A DNA stretch of 64,000 nucleotides from Nemertoderma westbladi. Taxonomy: Eukaryota > Animalia > Xenacoelomorpha. The stretch covers positions 11,370 through 75,369 of the forward strand of contig JAUCBJ010000246.1 of the NCBI GenBank assembly GCA_032718475.1. Reading direction: 5' to 3'. The translations under genes and the position numbers were made by a program. Below, piece by piece: positions 49,801 to 60,285 of this stretch. The notes beneath the pieces are model-generated. The model worked only from the letters and a program-made list of their open reading frames with translations. It was not told where the DNA came from and did not search any database. How positions within the stretch are numbered: the stretch's first letter is position 1; every line of letters begins with the position of its first letter.

Positions 49801-51063
49801 AGAGACTCGGGTGCAGAGAAGTTAGATAGCGCTGGATTCGCTATTTTCAGAGACATTTGTATAATAAACCTGCACTCCTCGGTTATTCAAAGACCTCGGA
49901 TCCCCACCGGTTATTCTGTCGTGGAAATTCAGACGGTAGGTCCACTAGAGGAGACGGCCATACCTACCTCAACTATACAAGGGGAAGACGAACCCATATG
50001 TTTAGAATCTGAAGAGATTCAGCCCCCCACGTCTCGGAGTAGCGATAGCGACTACATATTGGAATGGTATCAAGGTCCCCAGTGTCTTACTGCGTATGAT
50101 TATCGCCATGCCAATTATGTTTCTAGACAACGTTGTCGGCTGTGCGCATCGAGAGATCATATTACGTCTATGGACACCAACGATCTTTGTTCCTATTTCC
50201 ACGAGCAACCGTCGATGGAAATCTATTGTGCATATTGTCGGCTTAATAATTTGCACATTTTTGCTGTCTGCCCCCAATTTATGACTCAATGCCATCATTG
50301 TCAATTAAAGGGACACGCCAGCTTTGATTGCCCCTTCAACCATGATTTAGAGAGCGTAGATGAAATGATTGTACTACGTTATATCAGAGCTTGGGAAGCG
50401 AACGCTGATTTACATTGTGATTCACGCCATCGCTATTATCCTGGACGCGCCTACGAAGGAGTTTATGCGTTCCATCCATATTTGTTTGCCTCCGTCGAGC
50501 AGAAATCGCGCCTATCAAGTTATGAACTATTGAAGCGCGTTGGAGAATGTATTTCAACCAAATATGTACGCAAATTCCTCAGGAGCATTAATCCGAGTGA
50601 CATCCATTCTTACAACTTAATAAACTTTATCTGTCAAGACCCTGCATATGGAGACTTATTCGTCAACTCACACCCTGAGTTACAAGAAGTATATCGACGG
50701 CCTTACGAGTACCGAGCCCGCGAACGCGAGTTGGAAAGAACCATTAAACCAAGGAAGTTTCTAACTACCTATGGTCCACCCACGGCCCTCGTGCAGACCA
50801 CTCGTACAGGACCCGTAAGAGCGGCTGTCTTGAAACGAGCTCTCAAAGCCGCTAGACCCCTCTCCCCGGACGTTGAGGTCAATCAACCCGGTACTTCGAC
50901 CGGCGGATATACCGATCGCAATCCCATACCTTCTGATGCAATCATATTGCACCCTTCACCCAGGAGTTATAGCCCTCCTCGTAAAGTGGCTCGCCCCAAA
51001 GAGAAAAGGACTCTTGCTAGCTTTAAAAAGCTGCGTAAACGCCGTCCGCGCAAGAAAGACTAA
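46810..51063 (+). CDS. Accessory 1417-aa protein: DEDDy (WRN/RNase D-like) 3'-5' exonuclease fold, CCHC knuckles, basic C-terminus
   Basis: Uninterrupted ORF inside the LTRs. VTYDNEG, LPQPVLEMLFNERIVKIGSAVYGDL, FVDTQLIA, TSIGHLA and GPLTAPGAVYSFMS occur in WRN-exo order; CRLCASRDH, CAYCRLNNLHIFAVC, CHHCQLKGHASFDC. Confidence 0.8.
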   Translation: MMELIEDDLGIRERYTLPLQAFVDSLIRGEADPTITEDDGRYIEPPMSQEQLTREVDYRKFTARYTNRNGTYMDFLTTGHPTDLHDTDDVDTEREMVLFKYHTQRNRNDKPRIEHENSIRNLLDRENVEEPDKRINFNDYVEFLRETYLNIASQQNLETRYPQGIHHDPMVELKRLYFTMMYLTADRPLPVVPDSFEQMEEYCKTGERSPAFPLQDVRLWYYCDSCPRPNQQTERHKHPRRRCAKHSFTRYTYGSFERNLFDVSPTIARLKRSLNKPMIRVPEYSVRPPHFPVRPQTLDPNSLTDPPELYSLFKDLVLPEQLIGGVPEVGSLDIRPSYLTGLGRGHLTSPFNPYNRPGLTPIQPATEVEESVIRNALDAIRQKIGKGTQDFLEKRKLQQQVQSVKELALPQFDREIQNLEEDIELGRTYSLQEFLEERLQKQAEENQMEERHTEMDEREEAALAQPETQILITDLYSKTVRHPSMVPHFGDKLFAKIQPQPVDISIRSQNLIADAPMLQHPPIEAARVDGILVEPPDNRADLVRRMVHDVNIRARPLQNSFYGIKDHPYYVNLTQYYMVKPEDPTHDLKFLPLINPLDIVELEQLQKHLDQLVKANSFRKPYNVSRIEKDTEPPYNLDGFIKTRLVHWNLDVLFEEEKIQRYGNVETYTTRYMKYSDLPDANQCATLWHPVGMTLENATKEWNETLNIIEMYGVVTYDNEGSVPIGELGTTRMIHIRGLAGSTHVFTRACSDVIDYSFETLTETQKNLRHGQFELAQRYVIDTERKPAMGIDGSMLPQPVLEMLFNERIVKIGSAVYGDLQNDFRNMENIPYPFVDTQLIAPWAEGRGFFRTMYANVSSNITKVQRTSIGHLAFQEYGWNFKVGNPINYQQVYGDHYSRLYFDGPLTAPGAVYSFMSVPLRPSLAIYTIFENTALSGWLSDVCSRTIRAHPLILGTKLAKLDEHNKFIRFECFRRFLTPFRNVDSQFKDRALTKLSLRDSGAEKLDSAGFAIFRDICIINLHSSVIQRPRIPTGYSVVEIQTVGPLEETAIPTSTIQGEDEPICLESEEIQPPTSRSSDSDYILEWYQGPQCLTAYDYRHANYVSRQRCRLCASRDHITSMDTNDLCSYFHEQPSMEIYCAYCRLNNLHIFAVCPQFMTQCHHCQLKGHASFDCPFNHDLESVDEMIVLRYIRAWEANADLHCDSRHRYYPGRAYEGVYAFHPYLFASVEQKSRLSSYELLKRVGECISTKYVRKFLRSINPSDIHSYNLINFICQDPAYGDLFVNSHPELQEVYRRPYEYRARERELERTIKPRKFLTTYGPPTALVQTTRTGPVRAAVLKRALKAARPLSPDVEVNQPGTSTGGYTDRNPIPSDAIILHPSPRSYSPPRKVARPKEKRTLASFKKLRKRRPRKKD

Positions 51064-51141
51064 CTGTTTAGAGTATTTTTATATTTTAGAAACTGTGATT
51101 TTGTATATTTTATAGACTTAAATCCCATTTTCTGGGAGCGG

Positions 51142-52386
51142 TGTAAAAGCTTTTGTGGGATAACTGATACGTTTGCCTTTGCTGGCCAGTTCCCCCCAGG
51201 CGCTGGAATACTCTAAAAAGGTTTTCTAACTGTATATAGATTCCCCTCGCCCGCAAGGTACCTTTACAGGTGTTTTAACGGACATAAAAATCATTCTGCT
51301 ATATACGTGTTTTGGCGGACATGGTAAGGCAAAAAACCTGTAATGCACCAACTACCTTTCACAGCTTAGCCGTGATAATTCATATTACGACATCTAACAG
51401 CTGGTTGCTGACATGGAAACAGCCATTGGATGTATGGTTCTTTGTTTGGCTTGAGCCAATCAGAGCGATTTTTCCTGTCGACGTGTAGCTTTTAGTCGAT
51501 CATAAGGAGAGTGTTCAGTCTTACAGTTTCTTACTTGATACTTTGTTGTTATTGCTGTCTAAGCCAGAAACACCGGCCTTTCGGTAAGAACTCTAGTAAA
51601 CTGCTTGAATTATCGAGAGTATAAACTGTTACCTTAACGAATCGAACCTTAACGCATCTTAACATACTTACTTAATTTAATTGCATTAATCATATTGTTT
51701 GTACTGTTATTTTACCGTCAGTTATTAATTGTACCTATTTGTTGATGGAAATATTGCTCTTTGGATAATACGGATAAATCACCCAAATTCCCAATTTTCT
51801 TGATACACTACAGGTTAGAGAGACCGGTTATACATAACAATTGCGATTTATATTAATGTGGTGTGTATTGAATCCAATGTTATTTAGCAGACCCTACGTG
51901 AGTCAATTACTGCTCTCTTTATGTGTGATCAAATATACTGACTGTCGGCAGAATAGTGTGTATGATCGTGATTGGTAACAAAGTATTTCCTAAAGAATAC
52001 GCTTTATACTTTAATCATAAGCAGTATCGTTGCGTTTTAGTATAAGTCTTAGTTCTGTTTAAATAGATAAAGCGCCACGTCCTAAAGGAACTGTTAATAT
52101 TTCCCGAAAGCCAATAATATCTGTCAGAGATTAATTTATTAACGATCTATCGAATGGTATAGTAGGTATACACTGCAACCTTACACTGCAATAATAAAAT
52201 TCAAGCATCCGAATTCAGCCTCCCGGGTGTAGATCCATCGGGTGAATGATCGCGCATGGGCTGCCTTCGGCTAATGTTTTGCGTATTAGCATAAAATATT
52301 GTCGTATGCTAAAGTGGTTTTAATTAACTAAAAGACATATAAATTTTGGCAGGTTAAACTGCTAAAGGTCTTCAAAAGCGCGAACA
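51142..52386 (+). repeat. 3' LTR of element C
   Basis: Matches 33773-35017; preceded by PPT, followed by TSD. Confidence 0.96.
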
Positions 52387-53037
52387 ATAATAGAGTAGAT
52401 GGTGGAGAATTGCACTGAATCGGGGGAAGAAGACGTGCTCAACCGCCCTGAACGCATATACTGTATGTAATGTGGTGTTTCTGTTTAAATATAGAGAACC
52501 AAGCAAGTTGAATAAAAGGTAGCCAACAACTAGGCAGTAACAACTTGGCGCGGTTCGCTGCTGCGCCCGATGGACCGTGATCTCCATCTCTTCCATATCT
52601 CGTATCGCCTCTAGATTGACGTCGTTACACTGGCAATTATCAGATGTCAATGAACGCAAATAAGTGGCGAATGATTGCGGCCCTCCAATACGGAAGAGCC
52701 ACTGCCGGGAATACTTGGCCGTTCTCAGCGACATATTGTGCGCCACGCCACGTGCTGCTTAAGATAAGGGGCTGAAATACCCCAGCCCGCAGCCGTGGCA
52801 ACCGCAGATAACTGCGCCAATGGATGGATAAGTATCTCCACCAGATCGCGGTCGAGATCATCCACCACCTCGCTGAACCAACGCGTTGAATTTGGCACCT
52901 AAATAATTTAAAAATAATAGATAGACGAGTAAAAATAAAAGAAAAATGTTACTAATATGTTATATTTAAGGGAGGGTTCGGGGTGGAGAGTTGAGAGACC
53001 CTGGGTGGTATGGGGGGGGGGGGGGGGGGGGGGGGTA

Positions 53038-53272
53038 TGGACGAGAGGTATGGAGAACGAGGCTTTATGATGAGTCTGTCGATGGGAAAGGACTGATTGA
53101 GGCCAAAAACAGCCCAGAAACACAAAGGTGGATTGCTGAACCTCCAACTTGGATTCCCTACAAAGAGTGGCTAGGCATGCTACACCTCAGAGGAGGTCTG
53201 CTCTATAACAAGGAACATAACTCACGAGGAGAGGCAAGACAGAATGTATCCTCAGCCTGCGATGCTCAGTGT
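53038..53272 (+). pseudogene. Fragment of an R2/RLE-type non-LTR retrotransposon, region between RT and zinc finger
   Basis: WRTRLYDESVDGKGL...WI...LHLRGGLL...SRG...CDAQC resembles the recalled SVDGxGL...LR...RG...C motif of R2-like proteins. Confidence 0.55.
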
Positions 53273-53525
53273 AGTGTGAGCTTTGGAAAGATTTCAAAAA
53301 GATCTGATTGAGAAGATACTTCGATGCAGTTAAGCAAAGGAAGGGTGACTTTATAAGTAAAATATGCAAGTACACAAAGTTCTGTAAGAAACAGTTCCGA
53401 ATCTAAAAATAACCGTACAGATTCAATGTTTTGGTTGCTGTGGTTGGTTTCATTAAGCAACATGTTAAGATATGGAAGGGCATCAAATTTTAGATCCACA
53501 TAAATATCCGAGTTTATTGAAACGT
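53273..53525 (-). pseudogene. Coding fragment of unknown, probably transposase-like protein
   Basis: LLNETNHSNQNIESVRLFLDSELFLTELCVLAYFTYKVTLPLLNCIE reads like real protein; family not identified. Confidence 0.3.
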
Positions 53526-53544
53526 CTTTCCTTATATAGAGACA

Positions 53545-54278
53545 TCAGCAATATTCGTAGATGCTGTTATCTACTAAGAGTTTCAAGGTAGAATTAACTG
53601 CTCTCTCATATTTTGCAAGTGGGTTCGTTGCAACTTTCTCAAACTGAGTGGTGTCTTCTAATATTGTACACATTTTACTATAGTAATCCTCTATGTCTAC
53701 CACTACTGTTTTGTTCCCTTTGTCAGCGGGACGAATAATTATATCTTTGTCCTTCATTAAGCCCTCCATGGTCTCCCGCTCTTTGTCTGTAAAGTTAGAC
53801 AAAACCTGTTTCCCCTATGCCCCTCTACCAGCGCTAAAGCCTCATGTCTGAAAGACGCCCCCTTAGTTCCCCCCAATTGTTTGGCACCTAATTCTATTGA
53901 TACAATAAACTCTGTTTCTGGTTTTAACTTTGGAGTTGGTTCAAAGTTCAGACCCAAAGCTAAAACTTTCAGTTCAATATCTGTAAAAGACCTTTTACTA
54001 AGGTTGACAACTGTGTCAGAAACTGTTACTTTAGCGTTAGGACCCATTCCACAATGGGCTTTATTTCTTAACCAACATAGTTTTTTATTAATTATACGGT
54101 TATTGTTATCAAAAAAAGTTTTATTAAAACTTTCGACAAAACGATCTACTTCTACCATGATATCTTTGTCTAAATACCCAGTACCACACTGCAGAGCCAT
54201 TTTGATACCCAATACCCTTTTCTCTATCAACTCTAACTCACGTTTACACTCAGTAATTCCAGTTTTTACACAATCCAT
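53545..54278 (-). mobile_element. Penelope-like element, N-terminal (pre-RT) region, inverted
   Basis: VVNLSKRSFTDIELKVLALGLNFEPTP and DIIIRPADKGNKTVVVDIEDY are characteristic PLE motifs. Confidence 0.85.
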
Positions 54279-54710
54279 GTTGGAATCGAACCCGGAAGGA
54301 CTCGGAAAGTCGTTTGGTGTCAATCCGGCGGTAGAGGAGATATTCGATATACACCCCATCGGTTCGAATGTTCCATGATCTCGGTTGGAATCGAACCCGG
54401 AAGGACTCGGGAAGTCGTTCGGTGTCAGTCCGGCGGTAGAGGAGCTATTCGATATACCCCCCATCAGTTCGAAAATCCCTTGATCCCGGTTGGAATGAAC
54501 CCGGAAGGACTCGGAAAGTCGTACAGTGTCAGTTCAGCGGTAGAGGAGATATTCGATATACCCCCCATCGGTTCGAAAGTCCCTTGATCCCGGTTGGAAT
54601 CGAACCCGGAAGGACTCGGAAAGTCGTTCGGTGCCAGTCCGGCGGTAGAGGAGCTATTCGATATACCCCCCATCGATAGGAATGTCCCATGATCCCGGCT
54701 AGAATCGAAC
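54279..54710. repeat. 105-bp tandem array (~4.1 units)
   Basis: GTTGGAATCGAACCCGGAAGGACTCGG... at 54279, 54384, 54489, 54593 and partial 54698. Confidence 0.92.
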
Positions 54711-55573
54711 TCAATTCACTCCACCCTAATATAAAATTTACTGTAGAACAACAAGACTCACTTGGAAAACTCCCCTTTCTTGATGTACTTATAACCCCGA
54801 GCCATGGCACTTACAGCACTACTGTATATCAGAAACCGACATATTCCAATAGATATTTAAATTTTGCCTCAAACTACCACCCACGTATTATACAAGGTGT
54901 CTGTTCCGGTCTTTTCTACAGTTCCAACCGTATTTGTTCAACACCACAAGCAAGAAACGAAACCCAAACTACATTAGCTAACACTCTACGTAATAACGGT
55001 TACCCGCCCCATATTATATACAGTACACAAAGACGTGTTAATACACGTTTTGACAACCCGACACCACCCAAAATTAAAGATACTTCATACATAAGGATAG
55101 GTCTCCCCTATATAGACGGATTAACATGCAATTTAGAGAAACTTTGTACACTGTATGGGATTGAAACGTACTGCATGACAGGACGGAAACTGGGGTCTTA
55201 TTTACTTAAGGGACACAAGCCAAAGACACCCCCCCACGGAACAGTCTACAGCATCCCTTGTGAATGTGACCGTGTGTAAATTGGAAAAACCCAGTATAGC
55301 TTAGATGACAGGCTTATACAGCACGACGGGGATATCAGACACCAGCGTGCAAAAGCCTCTGACTTGGCAGAACACCACGTCAAAACAGGCCATGTGCCCT
55401 GCTTCGAACCAGCCAAAGTAATAGGACGGGGGGACAAAAAAGACAGACGTTGTATCCTAGAAAGCTTACACATTAGGGCTTTAGGTCCAAGAGCCATTAA
55501 TAAACGTTTGTCAGTAGAAGTAGACCACTTAAGCGTGGCCGCACTAGTGAAATCAAAAAGTACGTTGCAATAG
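54711..55573 (+). mobile_element. Penelope-like element, RT C-terminus plus GIY-YIG endonuclease
   Basis: HPNIKFTVE...LPFLDV...GLPYIDG...GTVYSIPCECDRV*IGKT...RLIQH...LAEHH...LESLHI...INK; one stop at 55277-55279. Confidence 0.9.
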
Positions 55574-55771
55574 GAAACGGAAAAAAAAGGGGGGGGGGGG
55601 GGGTGGGGTATTTTCGTATGTATGTAGGACTTAGTACTGTTATTGTAGTACAGTAGTATGTAGCAGTTTTGTCGTGTGGTCTGTGCGATTTTGTGCCATT
55701 TCACTATTTAATATGCAATTTCCATTATTAATAATTAGGTCACTTACTCCCAACTTCTGTATAGGATTATA

Positions 55772-55813
55772 TGCATTGATAATGACGGCTATTACCGTCG
55801 AAATATATATGTA
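55772..55813 (+). ncRNA. Minimal type I hammerhead ribozyme motif (U3-A8 variant)
   Basis: TGCA-TTGATAA-T-GACGG-CTATTA-CCGTC-GAAA-TATAT-A-TGTA, 200 bp downstream of the PLE ORF. Confidence 0.7.
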
Positions 55814-56148
55814 ATTACTTATAATATCATATTTACTATATTATTATATACGTCTCCAAACTTTATTCTTTTTACGCTATTATATATTTATTTTTATTAA
55901 TAGTTTATTTGGTGAACTTGGAGGGGCATAGAAACAAGAGGGTGGCACATCAGGACCAATCAGTGGTGAATGCACATTTACCACAGATGGAGGATCAGTG
56001 GAGGTGCAGGCTGATGTTAGGCTGATGAATAGAACAGGTGTCATGGATTCAGTCGGCCGTGGGCTTATTATATTAGCCCATGCTCGATAGTCGTAGAAGA
56101 TCGATGTGATTCTGCTGCTGCTCTAAATTCAGCAAAAAGGACTCTTTG

Positions 56149-57200
56149 CAAATTCTCCGAATCCAAAATGGCCACGAAAGTGTGCCATATTGGAATCGGA
56201 CAGTGAGCCAGAAGAAGATGCAATAATTGTGGATAACATTGTAGAACCATCTTAATGCTAGAAAGAAGGTACAACAAAAGGGAATCTACAGAGGGAGGGG
56301 TACTATCAAAGGTTCAGTGTGGATAGTTCCACTGAACTCTTACGATGGAAATCATCTTTAGAGCAGCAGCAGAATACATCAAAAAAATGTATAGTAGATC
56401 AGTTGTATAAGGTCTCAAGCATGGCCTATCAAATACAAAAGGCCCAAAACAACGTTGAAATGGGTTTCGAGTGATTCCATTCAAATTCGACAAATCTCGG
56501 TGGCATTCATTTCATACTTCGAGTTTCGGCTTATGGAGACAGGATCCAATCGGACATCTTTACTGCAGTCCGATAGTTTTAATCACACCCTGAAGGCCAT
56601 CATGAGATACCGCTCCAATACCGTGTCTTATATGTATTGGTGAGCAGCAGAGGCCAAGTGTTGCTGGTTGCATGAAACTCTCTGAGTTTCAACGATCAAC
56701 AAATAAATAAAGCCTTTGTTCCCCCATCAAACCAGCATCTAATACTTGCGGCAAATCACAAAACAAAGACATAATCCATGCAGGTGTTGTACTTGATGCA
56801 GATACGTTTAGTATGATTGAATCATATATTAAAACTATCAGAAACGAGTGGCTCAAGCAATTACCGGGGTCACCAAATTGTGAATATGTATTCGTGAATT
56901 CCTGTGGCAATATATATGGGTCTTCAGTAACACAGGAAATAGCAAGGTTCCATAATTATTTTCAATTATCATATTGTCCATCGGTAACCAATGTGAGAAA
57001 GGTAATGGAAACGGCAGCCTCAGTAATTCCTTGTGATTCCACAAGGAATAGCCTAGCGAGTTACCTCTGCCATAGTGCAATAACCCGCCATAGGAACTAC
57101 ATATTTTCCACTGTGAATAAATTTAATGCCCATGACTTACTTAAGTCAATGGCCAAGACAGGGGAGCAACAAATGCAGGATGCTCAGGATATGTTCGAGG
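56149..57200 (+). pseudogene. Degenerate tyrosine recombinase gene (copy 2)
   Basis: Manual translation across stops and frameshifts: QQRPSVAGCMKLSEF, AANHKT, YIKTIR...VFVNSCG, VTNVRKVMET, LASYLCHSAITRHRNY, giving the R-K-R-H-Y catalytic order. Confidence 0.72.
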
Positions 57201-57564
57201 GCCACTCTGCCCTTCACAAGGTCCTTAATCATAATACCAGAGCTGGGCTGGGCTGGGGAGTGCTACATCCCTTGCTAACACTACAGCTGCATCTACCTCT
57301 GCTGCCATATCCGGTAGTGCCACATCTAGTATGAATTCTGTATCAATCCAGAAATCACCACGTTCCCCACTTAAATCGCCATCACTGACAAAAAAAATGT
57401 CAGCAGCAAAGTTATATGTCAGGGACGCATATAGACCCCTCCCCAACCCAACTCCTTGAATCTATTACACGTGTTTTTCTATGTAAAGTGAATACCCCCC
57501 CCCCCCCATGCAACCCTGTAAACAAATTTCAAAAATTTCAAATTCAAGTTCGAAATTCCACCTA

Positions 57565-57770
57565 TTATTTACAATAATAAAGTTGCAGTGACATCAGCAG
57601 AAAAGGCTGAAGCATTTAATTTATATTTTTGTGAACACTTTAATGTTAATGACGCAAATTTTATACTGCCATTAACTACAATGCCCGAGCCACTTCTAAC
57701 TACAATGGAATTTTGAGAAGCCGACATTCTAAAAGATATTAAAAATATAAAAGCTGATGGTGCCACCATC
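57565..57770 (+). pseudogene. CR1/Jockey-group LINE ORF2 linker fragment
   Basis: TSAEKAEAFNLYFCEHF...EADILKDIKNIK. Confidence 0.55.
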
Positions 57771-57857
57771 ATTTTTTACTGATTTCCCTAACGGCATCCC
57801 ACGGGGTATTAATAAGTGCATAATGAGATGTACGGACTTGTGGACACCATAAGCGAA

Positions 57858-60285
57858 CTGAAGGGTTTATGTTTACGGTTGGGATGTAGCAGGACAATGC
57901 CAGAACATAGTGACGCTGCCTATGTCAGGCATATGACTGATTGCCTTAAGGAATGGCAAACGGTTGTTGCGTCATCTCCTCCCTGCATGCCCAAACTGAC
58001 AATGGATGTACCGAGTGGGATAGGGGGTTGTGAATTCTCTTCGCAATTTACCAACATTGGGGAAATTGGCCGGCGGCGCCTTAAGGAAACTTTAAAAACG
58101 TTTCTAACTAAAGGATAATGTTATGCCCGTGTTCCAAAATTCAACTCTGTCCCTATTACCCGCGATGAACAATTTATACAATCCCGGCTTATAAACTGGA
58201 CTAATTCGGACATACTAAGAAAATTTAAGAACTAATTGAGGAATTATTTGATATGGATGAAGAACAAATAAAGAACAATATACTCTTCAATTAATTAAAT
58301 AAGCTAAAACGAAAGACAAATTAATATTATTGTGCAAGAAACTACTGGCATTATAATTCAATTGATAAACAATATTAAAGTACTTATTATATAATAACTA
58401 TGGCTTATTTTATAATTATGTTATCTACATACTGCTACCAGTAACACGAACTTTAATGGATTATGCAATAAGTGCAAATAAATCGATTACAAAAAATAAT
58501 CGATTAAAATAAAAAAAAATAGAACTTTTTCCCCAGGCAACAAAAAAAAGTACCAATTTAAAAATAAGATTACGTATTACAATATGGGTATACGTATAAG
58601 GTTTAACGTCGAGATTCGGTTGTCTTTCTTGGTCCTTGCCCAGGCAGCCAGGATGTTTGATGCAATCAATGCGCCATGTGGTAGGGAAGATTGGCATTTG
58701 GTCGTATTGTGAAACTGGCGCTGCTAGATTAGCTGAAAACTGAAAATGCTGAAAACAGTTGTGTAATTATATCCCATATTATAAATTTCTTGGGCCTTAT
58801 CTAAGATGACTAGATATAAATACATGAGTTAAAACTCTACAGATTACAGATACATTTCTCCCCTTCATATGTGACAACATATTCACCGCCATTAATCTTC
58901 GGTTCGTCTTTGTAAGTCATTTTATTTTATTGTAACGTTAATAATGTAGTTAACAAAGTAGTACTCAGCCCTAATGCCATCAAAAAACGACACAAATAAT
59001 ACAAACAAAAACGACATATACAAATATATTGAAACATGCTCAACATACAGGTATGTATCGTACCCTAACCCTGACCTAACTGCCATACACTAAATGATAC
59101 CAGTAGTATACTGCACAAAAGCTAACCCTATATTCTATAGAAAAATATATGACATTTTGTCGCCGTAAAGGGGTAGAACTCGGGAATAAATAATTAATTG
59201 TATCAAAAATATGGTTGCGTTTCGGTGTCTGAGAACCAGTACGCGGTATTCTCGACACCTCATCAGCTGGACAAAGGATTACACAAAGCCTATCTATAAT
59301 GCACCAATGACCTAAACAATCGCACCATGAACTCCTCAAACAGACATCAGAATCAGTAAATCAGTGATACCAATGGAAAAACTGGTAGGTTGCTGGGGCA
59401 AACACACACAGTATAAAAAAAATATATTAGATTTTACAATTTGTATTTATTATTATTTATTTAAACTTTATAACTTAAAAATTGAAATTTAAAAAACAGT
59501 TTTAAATTTCAACTCGGTTGAAATTTGAAATTGGAAATAAATGTCAACCCATTGATATACATATCTTTACCTTCAAAAAACACGCCGATGAAAAGGTAAG
59601 AAGGATTTAAGTTCTCCAAGTGGATCAAGGCATGGTTCCGGTTCAGGTGGAACCTCCATAATAACATCTTCAAGATTGAGAACTTCTGATGACCCCCCTT
59701 CATTATATTGGTTTTTATTACTACTAGTTATACTACTTTTTAATTTTTAGTTTTAATATGCCTGCCCAATGAATAAAATCTATAAAAAATCAAGGGTGCA
59801 TTCATTTTACCGACTGATTAACTTATCTGTATAATACTACTACTACTAGGTCGAGCGAACTCGGACAGTGGAAATTAGATCCTTCCAGGCTTCCCGATTC
59901 TCCATAGTTGTCGCAATTTCGTTTCTCCCAAGTTCAGTATCCCTTTCAAGTTGATCTATATATGTTATGGCCGGTCGTCCACGACTATGCTTTCCATGAG
60001 TTGGTTGCCAGAGAAGTAGATCTGGTATGACCTCGTCTTTACTTCGCCAGCAGTGCCCACTGAATCTTAATCTGCGTTCACGGAGGGTGGTTGATACAGG
60101 TGGTATTGTACCATAAAGCTCGGCGTTTGTCATGTGTTGTCTCCAGCTGATGTTTAGGGCTGCCCTTAGTAGTATGTGTAGCAACCATCAATTCGTTGTT
60201 CAAGTGATTTAGTCAGTGTCCAGTGTTCTATCGATGTGAATGAGAACATTGCTGTAAAAGATTTCGAAAAAAGTGTTACTTTTTC
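57858..60285 (+). repeat. Segmental duplication copy 2 (partner 10318-12937)
   Basis: Colinear near-identity with copy 1. Confidence 0.92.
59834..60232 (-). mobile_element. 5'-truncated RTE-clade LINE (duplicate)
   Basis: ORF 59846-60184, (TAG)n tail, same junctions as the 12.5-kb copy. Confidence 0.85.

Larger units (their letters stand above)
33773..52386 (+). mobile_element. BEL/Pao element C, full-length insertion (18614 bp) with an extra ORF
   Basis: 1245-bp TG...CA LTRs, TSD ATAAT (33768-33772 and 52387-52391), domain order gag-PR-RT-RH-IN, PPT GGGAGCGG before the 3' LTR. Confidence 0.96.

Noticed and set aside
46810-51063. Extra ORF as an envelope glycoprotein
   Set aside because: No signal peptide or transmembrane helix; it has exonuclease-like motifs, zinc knuckles and a basic tail.
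54279-54710. 105-bp unit as a tRNA gene array (GGGTTCGATTCC on minus strand)
   Set aside because: No A box at tRNA spacing and no cloverleaf.
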